This document shows, in pieces, positions 61,039 to 64,000 of a stretch of 64,000 nucleotides of DNA. This DNA comes from Macrostomum lignano (lineage: Eukaryota): the NCBI GenBank assembly GCA_002269645.1, contig NIVC01002534.1:49890-113889 (forward strand). The letters run 5' to 3'. The position numbers and the translations under genes are program-made. Position 1 is the first letter of the stretch. Every line of letters starts with the position of its first letter. Under the pieces are notes generated by a model. It made no database searches, was not told the origin of the DNA, and saw only the letters and a program-made list of their open reading frames with translations.

Positions 61039-63956
61039 ATGAAGCGCATCGCCGCACTGCTATTGTGGATTTTCTGTTTCATTTGTCTGCATCTGGCGCT
61101 GGTCCTGAGCTGCGATAACTGTAAGACAATTAGCTGGTATTTCTCTACAACTGCAGTCGATTATCATGCCTACGGTATAGCTTAGCCACCAGGATTTTTC
61201 AATCCATACTGGAGGGGTGTGTCCCAAAAGTGAATCAATTTGGGCTATTCTGTAAGGAGGGTTAGCCATGTACTTTTGCTAGCCGGCTGGGCAAACGACG
61301 CCCCCCATCTACTAGCCCTGCATGGCGTCCTGATAACCAGTTAATAATCAGTTGATAAACTCTTAGGGCTGCATGCATTGTAGTCTAGTAGTTAGAGTGT
61401 CGGACTTGCGACTGAAAGATCGGGGGTTCGATTCTCGACCCACTCGAACAATTTGTTTCTTTGAGCAAGACACTTAACTCTGCATTGCTTCAGTTCACCC
61501 AGCTGTAGAATGGGTGCCAGCATTAGCTGGGGTAATTAAAAATATATGGCGAACCCCCAGCGGCTGAGCTGTGGGTTGCACATCTGGCCATTGGGGCAGG
61601 TGAATCAATTTTCTATATAACGCTCAACGAATTTATTATCCAGCAATATTCAGAACGTCATATAGATTGCAGTCTCAGCCCAGTCAAACCGATCCCTGCA
61701 TGGCAACTCCGCAGGGCGCTACCGGTTCCGACCTGTCCAGAACTCGTCTCTGCTGGCGCCGCCGCAGACCGCCAGCTCGGAGCTCCGCCAGCTGCGGTTC
61801 AGCACGGCGCCCGGATTCGGCAGCACCGAGTGCGCCGCCGCCTGCGGCCGGATGTTCCACTGCCGGGCCTTCGCCTTCTGTCCGAAGGACGACTGCGTTC
61901 TGTACTGGAACTGGGGACCGCCGTTCCCGCCCTCCGGCTGCCAGCTGCCCGTGATGAGGAAGCTGGGTAAGGAGTCTGGGATGAGGCAGCTGGGTACTGG
62001 GAGGCTTGGAAGCAAAGGAATGAAGAAGCTGTGTGCTGCGAGCCGGGAGGAACCGCAGTGCCAGGCTCTGATTGAAGTGCAGAGGCATTGGGAGACTCTT
62101 TGAGTGTCAAGTTTAGTCCATGGGATGGCAGAGCCGGCCTATGGGTTATCATTCAAGCTGTATTGATCGCTGCTGGAAATTTTGTCCCCCCACATCTATG
62201 CCATGCGAGAGCAATGAACCCCTATTAGATATGGACGCGATATGCAGGTGGATCCGCATACTGGAAGCTACAGAGTGCTACCCTCAACCCTCCCCAAACC
62301 CAAACACACAAGAAGTGGGGGGGGGAATACTGGGAGACGAGATTTAATATCCAATTATTTCATGGGGAAGTCTGTTGTTGTAGCTCAGTGACTCCCATTC
62401 TTGAGCTTATAAATATTGAACAAATTCAATATTTTCCCACGGCTTACAATTTTATCGGCTTTCTGATTTAATAGGGATATTTATTATTTCAAATCCATAC
62501 TACTATCGGCAGTAGTAAGAGTAGTTTTTTTTCAAGTGCTAAAATATTTTTGCTTACCTAGAAGAACGGCTTCCTAGAATTGGTTCTAACTATTTTATCT
62601 CTGAAGCTATTTCTCAAAGGTACACAAAATCTCGAATTTCCATTGCGCAGTGGCCCGCTTCGAGTCATGCATCGAGCGCTGGGTTGGCAACCGCAGGTTC
62701 TGCCTGATGCAGCAGAGAATTTCTGGCAGCGTCAGCTTCGTTCGATCTTGGACCGAGTACGAAAACGGATTCGGTGATGCAGACAACTTCTGGATTGGTG
62801 AGACAGGAGAGATAGAAGAGAGATTGAAAGGGGGAGCAGAGGGAAATGGCAGTTTGAGAATTGTTTCAGCCAATCAGCTACGACATGATACAAGCGTAAA
62901 AGACAATAGGACAGGCTCCTTAGCTAGTATGCAGTCCCAGCCAATCAGCAATGAGATAGGGATAGAAAATTATAGAACGGGCTCGCATAGTATACAGATG
63001 TCCCAGCCAATCAGCAATTAGATAGGGATAGAAGATTACAGGACTGCCTCTCATAGTGACTATGTTTTAGCCAATCAGCGATGAGGTAGGAATAGAAGAC
63101 TGCAATACGGGCCTGCATGGTGAGTAAATGATTGTGGGAGATTAAGATTCCAGCCTAGAGTAGTAATTTGATGCCTAAGCCTTAATATTTAAATAAATGA
63201 GGCTTAAAAATAGACTGCCTCAACAATACAGGCCTGAAGACGTTTCGCTCCTTGACGCCCGCTACCGTTCGATTCGAGCTCACCAAATTCAACGGCAGCC
63301 AGTATCACTGCGAATACGACGGCTTTACGATTGGCGACGAGGCTTCGAAGTACACGATGGACTACTCCAGGTGCAGTGAAAATTGTTGCTTAATCTTTGA
63401 GCATGGTCGCTCCTATTTTGTTGATAGAGTTGCCAGCTTAGCATTTAGGAACTCGGAGCTGTACTCAGCAACAGCTAAACCCAACCCACTAGCTAACTCA
63501 CGCTGTCAGGCTGTCTGAAGTTAAGCAATGCCATATAGGTTATGCAATAACGTGTGGTGAAGGAACCTCGAGCATTCAAAATTGTCGTCACTCATCGCGT
63601 GCCACTGCTGGCCTCCCAGATAAGATTAGCGATATCGATAGCAAGCCAATCGATCTCTGCCTTGCAGGTACGCAAGCGAGAGGTCGAACATCGCACGGAC
63701 TCGCTGCACGAACGCAATCGGGCATGAAATTCTCCACCACCGACCAGGACAATGACGCGCTCAGCTCAGAGTGCTCCAACACCTACGGAGAGGCGGCGGA
63801 GGCTGGTGGTTCGGAGCCTGCTTCAGGGCCAATCCTAATGGAGAGTACTCTAACACGGAGGTGTGGAAGCAGACAAAGTACCTGAACTGGTACTACATCG
63901 ACGGAGATTTCGTATCGCTGCGGGAAACCCGCATAATGGTGCAGTTGGACGGCTGA
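61039..63956 (+). CDS. Secreted PAN/apple-like plus fibrinogen-related domain (FReD) protein, 5 exons, about 317 aa; last exon frameshifted as assembled
   Basis: Exons 61039-61120 (signal peptide MKRIAALLLWIFCFICLHLALVLS), 61673-61966 (ECAAACGRMFHCRAFAFCPKDDCVLY), 62651-62797 (MQQRISGSVSFVRSWTEYENGFGDADNFWIG), 63232-63370 (EYDGFTIGDEASKYT) and 63668-63956. In the last exon DSLHERN, GMKFSTTDQDND and GGWWFGACFRANPNGEY lie in three different frames. Confidence 0.85.
61376..61612 (+). mobile_element. CORE-SINE family A copy with internal deletion in the 3' part
   Basis: Same tRNA head and CORE as the 3392 copy; lacks the AGTCCTTGGACTGAAC...GCAATAGCT segment. Confidence 0.85.
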
Positions 63957-64000
63957 CTGAGATGCAGTTGATGACCAGAAGCTGGAGCAAATAAAATCCC

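Overview
Repeat-rich eukaryotic (animal) genomic DNA with GT-AG introns. Its composition and intronic minisatellites suggest a flatworm such as Macrostomum lignano, but that is inference only. Five co-oriented + strand genes were assembled by hand: (1) a partial multi-CUB-domain gene (<1-~6262); (2) a BTB-BACK-Kelch gene most like IVNS1ABP/NS1-BP (10445-33237, 7 exons, 809 aa); (3) a P4-ATPase of the ATP9/Neo1 class (40163-54975, 9 exons, 1103 aa); (4) RPL10 (58796-60057); (5) a secreted PAN/apple plus fibrinogen-related-domain gene (61039-63956) whose last exon has apparent 1-nt shifts. Intron 6 of the Kelch gene holds an apparently full-length antisense non-LTR retrotransposon (24861-30243). 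It has a 12-bp TSD, a (TAAG)n tail, a zinc-knuckle-free ORF1, a TAATG stop/start overlap and an APE-RT-RNase H-CCHC ORF2 with one 2-nt frameshift, which fits a LOA/R1-group element. Also present: three copies of a CORE-type tRNA-derived SINE (one split by a 4.3-kb CAC-ended TIR element carrying a 663-bp tandem array), a second SINE family, two MITE/foldback elements, a probable non-autonomous Helitron and about 20 different mini/microsatellite arrays, many filling whole introns. No rRNA, true tRNA or CRISPR array is supported.
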